Assembly: GCA_963796275.1 (NCBI GenBank)
Contig: CAWCKY010000006.1
Coordinates: forward strand, 1,696,001 to 1,760,000
Origin: an uncultured Acidobacteriota bacterium
Lineage (GTDB): Bacteria; Acidobacteriota; Blastocatellia; RBC074
Reading direction: 5' to 3'
Length of the DNA: 64,000 nucleotides
Numbering within the stretch: the stretch's first letter is position 1; the number at the start of each line of letters is the position of its first letter. The notes below the pieces were generated by a model. It saw only the letters and a list, made by a program, of their open reading frames with translations. It was not told the origin of the DNA and did not search any database. Of this stretch, positions 49,560-60,522 are shown piece after piece. The translations under genes were made by a program, and so were the position numbers.

Positions 49560-52500
49560 CATCTAGCTACCCCATCTTGAGCAGTTGATCTTCACCCATG
49601 CCTGTGGAATCAGCTGTGAGGAGGGGCTTTATTCTTCATAGCCAGAGATAAATCCATTACCATCTCTTGGATATCCTCACAGGCAAAGACGACCAACTTC
49701 CTCATTCCGTACATCAAAGAAAAAGAAAGCCTTCTGATGCGTTAGCTGACAGCCGGCCTCACATCAGATTTGAGCCAAGGAGCACTCCCCCCATGAACAA
49801 TTATTGTCATTCCTGCGGCCAGATCGATGGTTTCGAATATTCAATAACAAAGAATTTAAAGGACACAGCAGAATCACACCCTAACCAATCTCTTTTCTCC
49901 TGTTCAAAATGTGGTTGCAGTATATTGATCGAACGTCAAATAGAACCGAAGGAATCAGTCCCTTTGCCAACCCTCAATCCAGCTGTGCCCGCTGACCTGG
50001 AGCAGCTTGTAGAAATCCTTCTGCCCGATGTTAACGATGCTGTACGTTGGGCCTCTCTCCGGTATCAAGGTCGCATTTGCCAGGATGAGCTCGATGATCT
50101 CTCACAACAAATTATCCTCAGGCTGATAGAGGATAACTGCCGCCGGTTCCTTTCATTCAGCGGGCAAGCTTCATTCAAGACATGGCTCCAAACAGTAGTA
50201 GATCACCACGTATACAAATATCTCTGCCGACAGAAACGAACCGAGGCCCTGGATGAAATAGACTGGGAATCATTGACCTATTCACCACTGCAAGATCAAG
50301 GTATCGATACTGCAGAAAGGCGAAAACTGCTCTTCAGCGCACTCAGCAAGTTGAGCCGGCAAGAGCGGCTGTTATACCAACTTTGGTTTTTATCTGAGCT
50401 AGATGCTAAGGAGATAGCCGCTATCTTCAGGACCGAAGTCAAGATTATCTACAGGCGCAAGCAAACACTTGTTTGCAAACTCACGAGGCTCATGCAGAAC
50501 TTCCGAGGTCGCTAAAGAAAAATTTCGCTGGCGAAGGTGAATTTACCCGCGAAATGTCTCTATATACATGAAAGGTCAACAAGCTGTCGGCGAGAGGTAG
50601 GCTGCTCTTTGCTCGATCAGACAGAATGGAATTGCGCCTGAGCGATGTTTCGCTGAGTAAGGTGTGGTGTGTGCGGTAACCGGTTGACCGCCGAGTTAAC
50701 GGGATTAGCGGCAGCGCGGAGGCTGCTGGTAATATCCTAAACCACGGATCATCATTCGCTCACCCATCGTATCGGGGAAAATCAGTGATCAATTCCCGAG
50801 CAGTTAGTATTTACTCCCATAACACATTCATTTGGGAAACCCGGCATGTCGCTGGCGATAACAGCCGCCGCAAGACATGCCATTGAAGAGGTAGTGAATG
50901 CGAAGACAACATCTCCCCATCCTGACGGTATCGGCCTTTGGCTTAATCGCTATCTCTATCATCCTGGCTGGAGCCTGGGAGATTCTTCCCGGAGCGCTCT
51001 CGCAAACCCCGGCTAACTCCGCGCAAGAGCAAGTCTCGCCCGCCGAACTCGCGGGGGCCGTCGCAGAGCAGAGACTGGCCGCCGCACTGCTGACCCGCAG
51101 CGCCTCATTCGACGAAAGATTCAACAAATTGAGCGAGAGAGCGCTGAGGAAGGGAACCGTGCCGTTGATTGTCAGGGTGCGGGCCGCGTTTCAGCCCGAA
51201 GGCCAACTTTTGAATGCGGCACAACGATTGGCGCAGCGCAGCGTAATCCAAGAAGCGCAGGAGCGATTGCTGGCCGAGCTAAGGTACGTGCCGTCATCGC
51301 TCAAGAGATATAAATATATTCCTTACCTTGCGGCGGTGGTCGATACCGCAGGCCTGGCACAGCTCCAATCATCGGGCAATGCGTTGGAAGTGATCGAGGA
51401 CAGGTCGCTGAAATTGACCACGGGGGATAGCCTTCCGCTGGTAGGAGCGACAACGTCCTGGGCCGGCGGATATACGGGGAACAATAAGACTATCGCCATC
51501 CTCGACAGCGGTGTGGACAAGACACATCCGGATTTAACAGGCAAGGTCGTCTCCGAAGCATGTTACTCCACCGGCAATCTGACAGATTACGAATCTCTTT
51601 GCCCGGGCGGAGGTCCATCTTCCACAGCGGTAGGCTCCGGAATTCCGTGTACCGATGTGCCCGGCCTGGTGGGCGGCTGCTACCACGGAACCCATATCGC
51701 GGGAACGGCGGCAGGGCGAACGGGTGTCGCCATTAACGCGAACATCATCTCCATTCAGGTAATGTCACATGTTACCGATCAGTTTGAATGCGGCAACGAG
51801 AGTTGTCTGCGAGCGAAAACCTCCGACACTTTGCTTGCCCTGGAGCGCGTTTATGAACTGAGCAGTAACCCCACATACAATATCGCTGCGGTTAATATCA
51901 GTCTGGTGACCGACGCCCCCATGGAAAAATATAGTGACCACTGCGACGAGGTAGACAGCTCGCTTACGGCCATTATCAATCAGCTGAAGTCGGTGGGGAT
52001 CGCCACGGTAGTCGCAGCCGGCAATTATGGCTTTACAGACGGTCTAAGTTTTCCCGCCTGTATCTCATCCGTCATCAACGTCGCCGCCACGGGGGACGGC
52101 AGCAGTTCAGGGACGACTACAGATAGGGTGATTCCCGATTCAAACAGTGCTGATTTTCTCAAGCTGCTTGCCCCCGGCGGCGCCATCACCGCGCCCATAC
52201 CGGGCGGCGGATACGCTACCGGAGTGGGCACTTCGCAGGCGGCGGCTCACGTGTCGGGAGCCATGGCCTTACTAAGGCAAGAACTTCCCATCGGTGCTAA
52301 TAATACTGTTTGGTTTGATGATGGCTTGCCTGCGGGCGCCACGCCGTGGCCTGCCGACACTGCGACTGGAGGCGTGGTTGAATCATGGAACTGGGTGACG
52401 GCAAATCCGGCGCCAAACTCCGGAACTCAGTCACATCAATCGTCCGTGGCGCCAGGGATACGACAACATTACTTTATGGGCGCTACATCTAGGTTACAGG

Positions 52501-53060
52501 TAGGGACAGGAGAAATGCTCTATGCCTGGGTCTATCTTGATCCGGCAAGTATGCCTTCTGAAATAATGCTCCAATGGAATGACGGTGCGAGCTGGGAGCA
52601 TCGAGCATATTGGGGGGCGAATATCATAGGTTGGGGTCAAGATGGAACACCAGCGCGGATAAATATGGGGAGGCTGCCGGAAGCTGGGAGATGGATCAAG
52701 TTGGTAGTTCCCGCTCATGCGGTTGGGTTGGAAGGTGTAGCAGTAAATGGAATGGCATTTTCACAATATGGAGGGCGAGTGGCATGGGATCAGACGGGAA
52801 AAGCCTCCGCGTCAGTTGACGATTTACTGACTCTATTAAGAAGCACTGGCGTGCCAGTGACAGATACACGCCCTGACGCAAATAATCGCTCTGTGCCGCG
52901 GATCAGAATCGGCGCGGCCATGGGTGTAAATCCGCCGGATGAAAGTTGGCTGGTGGCATATTTCAATAATCCCGATTTGACGGGAGAGCCGACAGCGCGG
53001 GGAACCGACGGCATGGGATTCATCGACCGTGATTTTCAGGGCATCAGCCCTGCACCTGGA
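49560..53060 (+). repeat. Copy 1 of a long direct duplication (copy 2 = ~60857-64000+)
   Basis: Matching ORFs recur at a constant offset of 10938 bp (e.g. 50828/61766, 52025/62963). Confidence 0.95.
49793..50515 (+). CDS. ECF-like sigma factor with N-terminal zinc ribbon
   Basis: AAGGAG RBS; CHSC...CSKC; region 2 DDLSQQIILRL...SFKTWL; region 4 ALSKLSRQER...EIAAIF. Confidence 0.78.
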   Translation: MNNYCHSCGQIDGFEYSITKNLKDTAESHPNQSLFSCSKCGCSILIERQIEPKESVPLPTLNPAVPADLEQLVEILLPDVNDAVRWASLRYQGRICQDELDDLSQQIILRLIEDNCRRFLSFSGQASFKTWLQTVVDHHVYKYLCRQKRTEALDEIDWESLTYSPLQDQGIDTAERRKLLFSALSKLSRQERLLYQLWFLSELDAKEIAAIFRTEVKIIYRRKQTLVCKLTRLMQNFRGR

Positions 53061-54269
53061 ATCGATACTACGGACTACTCGATCCGCTGGACTCGCAACC
53101 TCACACTCACTCAAGGACTCTATCGCTTCTCGCTTACTGCCGACGATGGGGCGAAGCTCTACATCGACGATGTATCGCAGATTAATGAATGGTCTAATAA
53201 GACGATGGCGACCAGCTATCACGTAGATGTGAGTTTGTCTGCAGGCACGCACCGGATTAGATTGGAATATTACCAGGCTGAGAGTGATGCGAAGGTGCGC
53301 TTGAGATGGGCGTTATTTAACCCTACCTGCTCGCAGACAGTAGCGGCTGATCGATGGAAGGGTGAGTATTACAACAATATAAATCTGGCTGGCAACCCAG
53401 CGATGGTGCGCGATGACCTCAGCGGCAATCCGTTCGGCTTTGATTGGGAGGGCGGGCCTAATACCACCTGCAATATGATATTTGGCGATTGGTTCTCTGT
53501 TCGCTGGACTCGGGCGGTTGACTTTGCGGCAGGCCGGTATCGCTTCACGTTCACTAATATAGATGACGGATTCAGGCTTAAAATTGGCGGTCAACTGCTG
53601 ATCGATCGGTGGTTTGATGCGGCAGGGACGCATGTGGTTGATGTAGATCTTCCCGCGGGCAATCGCACAATCGAATTTGAGTATTACGAGAAGGGAGGCG
53701 TTGCGAGAGCCAACGTTTCCTGGTGTCTCTTCCAGACCGGCATTGTCGTCGTAAGTCCCGGCGTATACCTGACGCCACCCGGCCCGGACCATTCGGCAGT
53801 TACTTCGCCGTCGAACACAGGACACGGGGCAACAATGGTTACCTCCGCTTCGTCAAGTCAGGGGAAGAGTTGCCAGTGGTATGCGTTTCAGGCTGTCAGC
53901 GGGCTGATCAAAAAGATCACTCTTAAATTCGATTGGTCTATCAACGGAAGTGTCAGCACGGACGCCCCGCTCGGCAGCGGCGCGCATGCCTTCGCTTCAT
54001 TCAATGTCCAATACAAGACCGGTAGCGAGGTTTTTTTTGCAGTCAGTAAAATTGAAAGCAGTTTCATTTATCTTGGCCCCGGTGGGGAGTTTAAGCCATT
54101 CAACGATTCCGGCTCAGTCAGTGTCGATCTGTCGGCCAGCACGCCGATAAATCAGATTATTGTTTTTGACATATCATACGCGACGGCATCAAGTGGCACC
54201 GGCTCCGCGAACATGACCGCGACGGTCTCAAACATCCGCCTCGAAGTCGAGAGGGAGCTTTGCCATTGA
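50898..54269 (+). CDS. Secreted S8 subtilase with propeptide, inserted beta domain, two PA14 domains and a C-terminal beta domain
   Basis: Triad ILDSG / HGTHIAG / GTSQAAAHVSG, plus AAGN. PA14 motifs YSIRWT..ADDG..LEYYQ and FSVRWT..DDG..FEYYE. Confidence 0.9.
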   Translation: MRRQHLPILTVSAFGLIAISIILAGAWEILPGALSQTPANSAQEQVSPAELAGAVAEQRLAAALLTRSASFDERFNKLSERALRKGTVPLIVRVRAAFQPEGQLLNAAQRLAQRSVIQEAQERLLAELRYVPSSLKRYKYIPYLAAVVDTAGLAQLQSSGNALEVIEDRSLKLTTGDSLPLVGATTSWAGGYTGNNKTIAILDSGVDKTHPDLTGKVVSEACYSTGNLTDYESLCPGGGPSSTAVGSGIPCTDVPGLVGGCYHGTHIAGTAAGRTGVAINANIISIQVMSHVTDQFECGNESCLRAKTSDTLLALERVYELSSNPTYNIAAVNISLVTDAPMEKYSDHCDEVDSSLTAIINQLKSVGIATVVAAGNYGFTDGLSFPACISSVINVAATGDGSSSGTTTDRVIPDSNSADFLKLLAPGGAITAPIPGGGYATGVGTSQAAAHVSGAMALLRQELPIGANNTVWFDDGLPAGATPWPADTATGGVVESWNWVTANPAPNSGTQSHQSSVAPGIRQHYFMGATSRLQVGTGEMLYAWVYLDPASMPSEIMLQWNDGASWEHRAYWGANIIGWGQDGTPARINMGRLPEAGRWIKLVVPAHAVGLEGVAVNGMAFSQYGGRVAWDQTGKASASVDDLLTLLRSTGVPVTDTRPDANNRSVPRIRIGAAMGVNPPDESWLVAYFNNPDLTGEPTARGTDGMGFIDRDFQGISPAPGIDTTDYSIRWTRNLTLTQGLYRFSLTADDGAKLYIDDVSQINEWSNKTMATSYHVDVSLSAGTHRIRLEYYQAESDAKVRLRWALFNPTCSQTVAADRWKGEYYNNINLAGNPAMVRDDLSGNPFGFDWEGGPNTTCNMIFGDWFSVRWTRAVDFAAGRYRFTFTNIDDGFRLKIGGQLLIDRWFDAAGTHVVDVDLPAGNRTIEFEYYEKGGVARANVSWCLFQTGIVVVSPGVYLTPPGPDHSAVTSPSNTGHGATMVTSASSSQGKSCQWYAFQAVSGLIKKITLKFDWSINGSVSTDAPLGSGAHAFASFNVQYKTGSEVFFAVSKIESSFIYLGPGGEFKPFNDSGSVSVDLSASTPINQIIVFDISYATASSGTGSANMTATVSNIRLEVERELCH

Positions 54270-54754
54270 TAACGTTGCCGGAGACCGGCAGAAGGAAGGG
54301 TGTTACTTTCAACAATACTCTCGCGGTCAAGTCAGCAATGCAGATCATCCCGCAGCGGTATCTCTACCAGAAACCGTACCGGAGAAATTCGCGCCGGCTG
54401 ATACCAACAAACTATCGGGTCAACAATCGAGAATGCTGCTGCCGCCTGGATCTGACGCCGGCGCGAAGGCCACCTTGCCAAAGCCGAAAAGAGAGAAGCG
54501 CACCACCGGCCTTGCAGATATTCTCTTAACCTAAGGGGTCAGCTTCTAGATTCGCTAGCTGATAGGCGACGTCAGATGAAGCTCTGCCCTCTGTGCTGTA
54601 GAGAGGCGATTGGTGTAACAAATGCACGCAGACTGTTATTGATTCTGTAGCAAAGCGCACAGAGATCGATTGGAGTTAGATGGTAATTCGCTCGACAATT
54701 TCGCGAGCAATCATATTTTTACCGTGAATCAGCACATCATTCCAGCTCAGGGGT

Positions 54755-57700
54755 ATGATTGATGCAAAATTCACTAGGGGTAACCTCATGTTCAACTCAT
54801 TTACCGCCGTCGCGATTCGTCATTTAGTTCCATGCAATCTGTTGCTCATAACACTGGCAGCACTGCAAACCATATGTTTGGCGCAAGCCCCGAACGGTAA
54901 GCAGTACACATCGACGATGAACGATCTGAATGAGCGAGCCAATGTCGAAGTAGATCCATCATCGCTGGGGTTAAATATCAGCATCTCGTTGGCCGACTTC
55001 CCCGGACGTGGGGTGAGCCTGCCAGTCACGCTGCGCTACTCGTCGAAGATATGGCAGATCAAGCACAACGGGACAAACATCAACCCCGGCGACGGCAATA
55101 TTTCCGAGTACACCCTCTCTGGTGTGTGGTATACCGGCACTCGAGCGGGCTGGACCTCGAGCCTTACTGTTCCTTATATCGAATTCACCGGGCAGACGGA
55201 GCCCTTTATTGCCAGGTTCAATCTCGCCAACCGCGACCTGGCTGCTCCCGACGACGGGAATGCCTGGGATTACGCATTCCCACCTCGAGTTGAAGGTAAC
55301 TCAACTCCTCTTATGTATTCCGCCAACCGCGCGATACTACGAATGCCCGATGGTTCATCACACGAAATGCGACAAGATGATTTGGTCCATTTCGGCACCG
55401 TCGGTGGCCCAGTAAACAGGATCTATTATGCAGCGGACGGCTCCCGCATAAAGTACGATCCAACCAGTCAAGTAGTTTTTTTGCCCGACGGCTCTCGCTA
55501 TCTACTGAACACGGCCAATGGGGCGCAATACATTGATCGCAACGGCAACACGCTGAACTACAACTCCAATACCAGCGAGTGGACAGATACGCTCGGACGA
55601 GTAATTCCAGACCCTCTGGGCGGCAGCAGCGGTAGCGACTATCACTGGACAGTGCCCACGGCACAAGGCGGGACTGCAACCTACATCTTCCGCTGGAGAT
55701 TACTCAGCGAATCGTTAACGGACACTACTCAGCCTCTGCACTATATTGGCCCAGTCATGATGAAATTTTCTGGTGGATATCCATTTATCGAGTCAGTTCC
55801 CGGGCCATCCTTGTTTGGCGAATCTTCCCTTGGGTTAGGGGCGGACCGCCCTGCCTATGTCCTCGCGCTGCGCTTCTCTCCCGGTCCGCCCGAATTGTTC
55901 AATCCCGGTGTGCTCTCTGAGATCGAACTGCCGAACGGTCAGAAGTATAGATTCACCTACAACGTATACGCTGAGTTGGACAAAATATATTTACCGACGG
56001 GAGGTTACAAGAGATATCGCTATAACCGTGTGCCGGCCTCGGACCTCGACAATCAGTCGCTCGCCTATTCGCAGGCCAATCGCGGTGTGGTCGAGGGGAT
56101 AGAGAGTGTTACGGGCAAACCGCAAGATGAGACACCCCCGTGGACCTTTCAACCCGCGAGCCTAGGTACTGCCAACGTTACGGCGACCAACCCCGACGGG
56201 TCGTTTGTGCGGAGGTACATTCATGAGCGGGATGCACTCAACAATATGTTTAACGCCAGCCCACGCGAAGCGATTGCCGGGAGGATTTATGACGAGGAGT
56301 TCCACTCAGCATCAGGGCAAATGCTCAGGCGCATCCTGACGAACTGGGTTTATACTGGTCCCCAGCATCTCCCACCCATCCCTCACGCCCAAGAGCCTAT
56401 CGGTATGGATTGGACCTCACGAGACGCTCGCGTGACGCGAAAAGTGGAAATCTTGCTCGATACTTCTGGCAATGCCTTGGCAAAGGCAACTGAGTATCTC
56501 TATGACAACGATCTGAATGTCGCCAGCACAAAATATTATGATTATGTCTCTATCAGCAAGTCTACTGGGCAGTCCGCTCCGATTGGTTCGATTCCGAATG
56601 GTGCCCTGTTGAAAACGGAAGAGACCACATATCTGGTCAACGACGCTTCTATCGCGCAAACTACTCGGGATGCTTACCGGGCACGTCACTTGACTGCTCT
56701 TCCGTCGAAGACCCTTGTCAGAGATAGCTCAAATGCTGTCGTCGCCGCGACAGAGTACAAATATGACGAGAGCGCCTTTCCGCTCACCACCTACTCTGCT
56801 GTTTCCGGCTGGAGCGATCCGCAAACTCCTTTCCGAGGCAACGTCACGACCATTCGCCGGTGGCTAGACAATAATCATCCCTGGGGAGGTTGGACAAGCG
56901 GGACATGGATAGAGACTCACACTTGGTACGATCAGTGCGGCAATGCCATCAAAGTCAGAGATGCAAATAACAATGATACCATAATAAGTTATGAGGATAA
57001 TTTCTACGACTTTCCGCCGCAGAACTCCCATGCCTACCCTACTAGCGTGACAACAGCAGGGCCAGCGCACACGACTTTTACTAAGCATGATTTCAACTCC
57101 GGTTTAGTAAGAGAAGTGACTGATCCCAATAATATCAAGACCAGATACGATTACAATGATTCTTTTAATCGATTGACCAGGATGGTTCGTGCAGAAGGCA
57201 CGATCGTGGAGAATCAAACGACGATTCAATATGAGGATTACAGTCGCATTGCTACAACCACCAGCGATCGTAACAGTTTTGATGATAATATACTCAAAAG
57301 TCAATTAGTCTATGATGGGTTTGGGCGCACTATCGAATCGCGGCAGTACGAAACTGGATCGTCCTACATCGCAATCAACACTATTTATGACGTGCTCGGC
57401 AGCGTGTCGCAGGTATCGAACCCTCGCCGGTCGGGCGATCCTTTATGGACAACAACTGAGTATGACGCGCTCGGCCGTGTGATCAGAGTAACCACTCCCG
57501 ATGGCGCGCAGGTCATTACTCAATATAGCGGCAACCAGGTGACGGTCACCGATCAGGCCGGCAAGAGTCGCCGCAGCAAAACCGACGCGCTCGGCAGAAT
57601 GACTGAAGTGACTGAAAACCCGGGCGGACTGAGTTACCTGACAACATATGAATATGACACACTGAATAATCTACTCAAGGTGAAGCAAGGGCTGCAGGTT

Positions 57701-60127
57701 AGAAATTTTGCCTACGATTCTGTATCCCGCTTGATTTCCGCGACCAATCCGGAGAGCGGCACGATTACCTACGCCTATGATCCTAACGGCAATCTCTTAG
57801 AGAAGACGGACGCTCGCGAAGTTAAAACGACGATGACCTACGATGAGCTCAATCGGATGAGGACAACGACTTATTCCGCAACCACCCCTGAAGGAGAGCT
57901 GGTGGCTAATGCGACACCTCCGGTCTCTTATTTCTATGACGATTACTCTACATTGCCGGGCGGGGGACCGACCTGGCCAACCTGGTCGTGCGGAGGGCAG
58001 ACTCTCCCAAACAATCCGGTGAAGGGCAGGGTGATCGGCGTCACTTACGGAACTGGGTCTGATGGAACCTATTATCGGTACGATGCCGCCGGCAGAATAA
58101 TTGGCAACCTCCAACGTATGGGGACACCCAACTTTGTTACAAGGTATGCCTACAATCTTGCAGACGCCGTCCTTGAGGAGTGCAGGGGGTATTCAAGTGC
58201 AACAAGGGCTGCTGTTAGAAATATGTCCACATATGACGATGCCGGTCGCCTGACAGATATGCGGACATCGTTCAACCCTCACACAACCTCTAAATACTTA
58301 GTAGAAGGTATAAGTTATACTCCGTTCGGCGCGCTGCAAACGGAGAACTACGGCAACGGTCTGATTCATTCGATTGGCTATAATAATCGACTACAACCGA
58401 CAGAGATTAGGCTGGGCACGCCGGGCAATCCGGAGTCCGTTTTCACCATCTACAATCTATACGGAACCGCAGCCAATCCGAACGTCCAGGACTCGGGGAT
58501 TACGCTCGCTCAGAACAACGGCAACCTGGCCAGGACCAAGTACGTTATCAGCGGGGCACTGAAATATTCGCAGACGTTTCAATACGATCCGGTGAACCGG
58601 CTCAAATACGCGGTCGAACACAACAACGGCACTTACACCGATGCGGCGCGCGCCTGGTACCAGACCTTCGAATACGATTTTGCGGGTAATCGCGGGATAA
58701 ACAGGGCAAGCACGTCGGACAATGTAGATGGCGCAAACAGCGCCTTGCAGAAGGCCGAGTTCAGTGAGGTGAACAATCGCATCACTCACGCCGACTACCA
58801 CTACGACGTTGCCGGAAATCTTACCGGAGAACCCGGAAAGCGTTATACTTACGATGCATTTAACAGACTTGTCACTGCCGAGGTGGTCGGTGGAGCAACG
58901 AGCCAATACGTATACGACGGCAATGGCCGGCGAGTGAAAAAGACAGTCAGTGGAGTGGGCACGAGATTCGAATATGGCGCGGGGGGCGAACTGATTGCGG
59001 AGCGGAATGATGCTGGTGTTGTGACAACCTGGTATTATTACCGGAACGGCGAGTTATTAGCTACCTCAGAGAACGGAACAATGCATAAGTACGCGGCATC
59101 CGATCACCTGGGATCGCCGCGAGCGTGGACGGATGAAGTTGGGAGCCTGACCGAGGGCGGGCGTCACGATTACTTACCCTTCGGTGAAGAGCTCGGAATT
59201 GGGGTTGGGATCAGAAGCGCGAGCATTGGTTATGGCGGCGATTCAGTACGCCAGAAGTTTACTGGATATGAGCATGACGATGAAACTGGACTGGAATTCG
59301 CACAGGCAAGGTATTACGCGAGTGTGCAAGGGAGATTCACAAGCACAGACGAATTCAAAGGCGGACCGGATGAGTTATGGGTGTTAGGAAGCGGAGACCC
59401 GGAAAAGCAAGCGCTCGTGTATGCCAACATCAATATCCCACAATCGCTGAACAAGTATCAGTACTGCTTTAATAACCCCTTGAGATATGTGGACCCAGAT
59501 GGCCAGAATCCCCAAGATGGAGGGCGCGGGCGTGCTGAAGAGCGAGATGTCATGGCTCTTGCAGCGGGTAAGATTTCTCCAGAGGAGTTTAAAAAACGCC
59601 AGCAAGAAAGAGTTTATTATGAGGGAGTTGGTGCGGTAATAGGCATAGGCATCGTTGTGGCTCCAAATGCTACTATGGCATCTCTGGCGTGGATGCTGAG
59701 GAACCCCGCCACAGTACTTAGGTCGGCTGACACGGCAGCTCAATTACTGGAGGGAAATCCTGCATCGCTTCGGATGGGAACGCTTACGATTGCTGCGAGG
59801 ACTGGTCTTAATGCGGCTGAAGTCAGCACTGGTGCTCGGTTGGCAAAACAGATCGGCGGGCGGCTTGTCGAGAGTGCACATGTCGGTGCAGATTTCGTTG
59901 ATGCCGTTACCAAGAAGACATTTGATGCTATGGGGACTCCAGACGCATACAAGTATTTTGGCTCTGGCAAAAAATTCTTTGAGTCGATTGTGCATCACGT
60001 GAATAAGTCAGTTGATCACGTCGCCATTGACTTGATGGGAGCGTCGAAGGTCCAGATTAAGGCCATCAAGGGATTCGTAAGCGGCCTGACCAAGGAGCAG
60101 CAAGGTAAGATCATATACATCGAATAG
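54755..60127 (+). CDS. RHS/YD-repeat polymorphic toxin with N-terminal signal-like segment and putative nuclease tip
   Basis: YD repeats; core DHLGSPR, FTGYEHD, ARYY and NNPLRYVDPDG; C-terminal extension of about 200 aa. Confidence 0.92.
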   Translation: MIDAKFTRGNLMFNSFTAVAIRHLVPCNLLLITLAALQTICLAQAPNGKQYTSTMNDLNERANVEVDPSSLGLNISISLADFPGRGVSLPVTLRYSSKIWQIKHNGTNINPGDGNISEYTLSGVWYTGTRAGWTSSLTVPYIEFTGQTEPFIARFNLANRDLAAPDDGNAWDYAFPPRVEGNSTPLMYSANRAILRMPDGSSHEMRQDDLVHFGTVGGPVNRIYYAADGSRIKYDPTSQVVFLPDGSRYLLNTANGAQYIDRNGNTLNYNSNTSEWTDTLGRVIPDPLGGSSGSDYHWTVPTAQGGTATYIFRWRLLSESLTDTTQPLHYIGPVMMKFSGGYPFIESVPGPSLFGESSLGLGADRPAYVLALRFSPGPPELFNPGVLSEIELPNGQKYRFTYNVYAELDKIYLPTGGYKRYRYNRVPASDLDNQSLAYSQANRGVVEGIESVTGKPQDETPPWTFQPASLGTANVTATNPDGSFVRRYIHERDALNNMFNASPREAIAGRIYDEEFHSASGQMLRRILTNWVYTGPQHLPPIPHAQEPIGMDWTSRDARVTRKVEILLDTSGNALAKATEYLYDNDLNVASTKYYDYVSISKSTGQSAPIGSIPNGALLKTEETTYLVNDASIAQTTRDAYRARHLTALPSKTLVRDSSNAVVAATEYKYDESAFPLTTYSAVSGWSDPQTPFRGNVTTIRRWLDNNHPWGGWTSGTWIETHTWYDQCGNAIKVRDANNNDTIISYEDNFYDFPPQNSHAYPTSVTTAGPAHTTFTKHDFNSGLVREVTDPNNIKTRYDYNDSFNRLTRMVRAEGTIVENQTTIQYEDYSRIATTTSDRNSFDDNILKSQLVYDGFGRTIESRQYETGSSYIAINTIYDVLGSVSQVSNPRRSGDPLWTTTEYDALGRVIRVTTPDGAQVITQYSGNQVTVTDQAGKSRRSKTDALGRMTEVTENPGGLSYLTTYEYDTLNNLLKVKQGLQVRNFAYDSVSRLISATNPESGTITYAYDPNGNLLEKTDAREVKTTMTYDELNRMRTTTYSATTPEGELVANATPPVSYFYDDYSTLPGGGPTWPTWSCGGQTLPNNPVKGRVIGVTYGTGSDGTYYRYDAAGRIIGNLQRMGTPNFVTRYAYNLADAVLEECRGYSSATRAAVRNMSTYDDAGRLTDMRTSFNPHTTSKYLVEGISYTPFGALQTENYGNGLIHSIGYNNRLQPTEIRLGTPGNPESVFTIYNLYGTAANPNVQDSGITLAQNNGNLARTKYVISGALKYSQTFQYDPVNRLKYAVEHNNGTYTDAARAWYQTFEYDFAGNRGINRASTSDNVDGANSALQKAEFSEVNNRITHADYHYDVAGNLTGEPGKRYTYDAFNRLVTAEVVGGATSQYVYDGNGRRVKKTVSGVGTRFEYGAGGELIAERNDAGVVTTWYYYRNGELLATSENGTMHKYAASDHLGSPRAWTDEVGSLTEGGRHDYLPFGEELGIGVGIRSASIGYGGDSVRQKFTGYEHDDETGLEFAQARYYASVQGRFTSTDEFKGGPDELWVLGSGDPEKQALVYANINIPQSLNKYQYCFNNPLRYVDPDGQNPQDGGRGRAEERDVMALAAGKISPEEFKKRQQERVYYEGVGAVIGIGIVVAPNATMASLAWMLRNPATVLRSADTAAQLLEGNPASLRMGTLTIAARTGLNAAEVSTGARLAKQIGGRLVESAHVGADFVDAVTKKTFDAMGTPDAYKYFGSGKKFFESIVHHVNKSVDHVAIDLMGASKVQIKAIKGFVSGLTKEQQGKIIYIE

Positions 60128-60138
60128 AAGGAAACATT

Positions 60139-60522
60139 ATGGGCGGGGTAATAAGTTTTTCAAGTAAGACCGAAGAAGTTTGGGGTGTTGTTGCAGGGTG
60201 GGCCTACCGGCAAGTGATGGACGACGTAATTTCTCAGTATCCGGGAGATTCGGAAATGGCCGGCATATTCGCCGAGGCAAAGGCCATTGGCGGCCTTCAT
60301 CTCTATTTGCTGGAGCCAGAGATTGCAGTCAGGATCAAGAGAGGCATCTGGCAAGTGGCGACAGGCATCCTGTCCGGAACGATCCGATCGGGTATTCACG
60401 ACCAACCTTATGGTGACACGAGAACCATCGAACAGTACCGAGAGGTATTACAAGAATTACTGGAAACCTTTCCCCCGGCTTGGAGAGAGGAACGTGATTC
60501 TGAGCAAAGTCCGCCGCACTGA
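60139..60522 (+). CDS. Putative cognate immunity protein
   Basis: 127-aa acidic ORF starting 11 bp after the RHS stop, with AAGGA RBS. Confidence 0.7.
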   Translation: MGGVISFSSKTEEVWGVVAGWAYRQVMDDVISQYPGDSEMAGIFAEAKAIGGLHLYLLEPEIAVRIKRGIWQVATGILSGTIRSGIHDQPYGDTRTIEQYREVLQELLETFPPAWREERDSEQSPPH

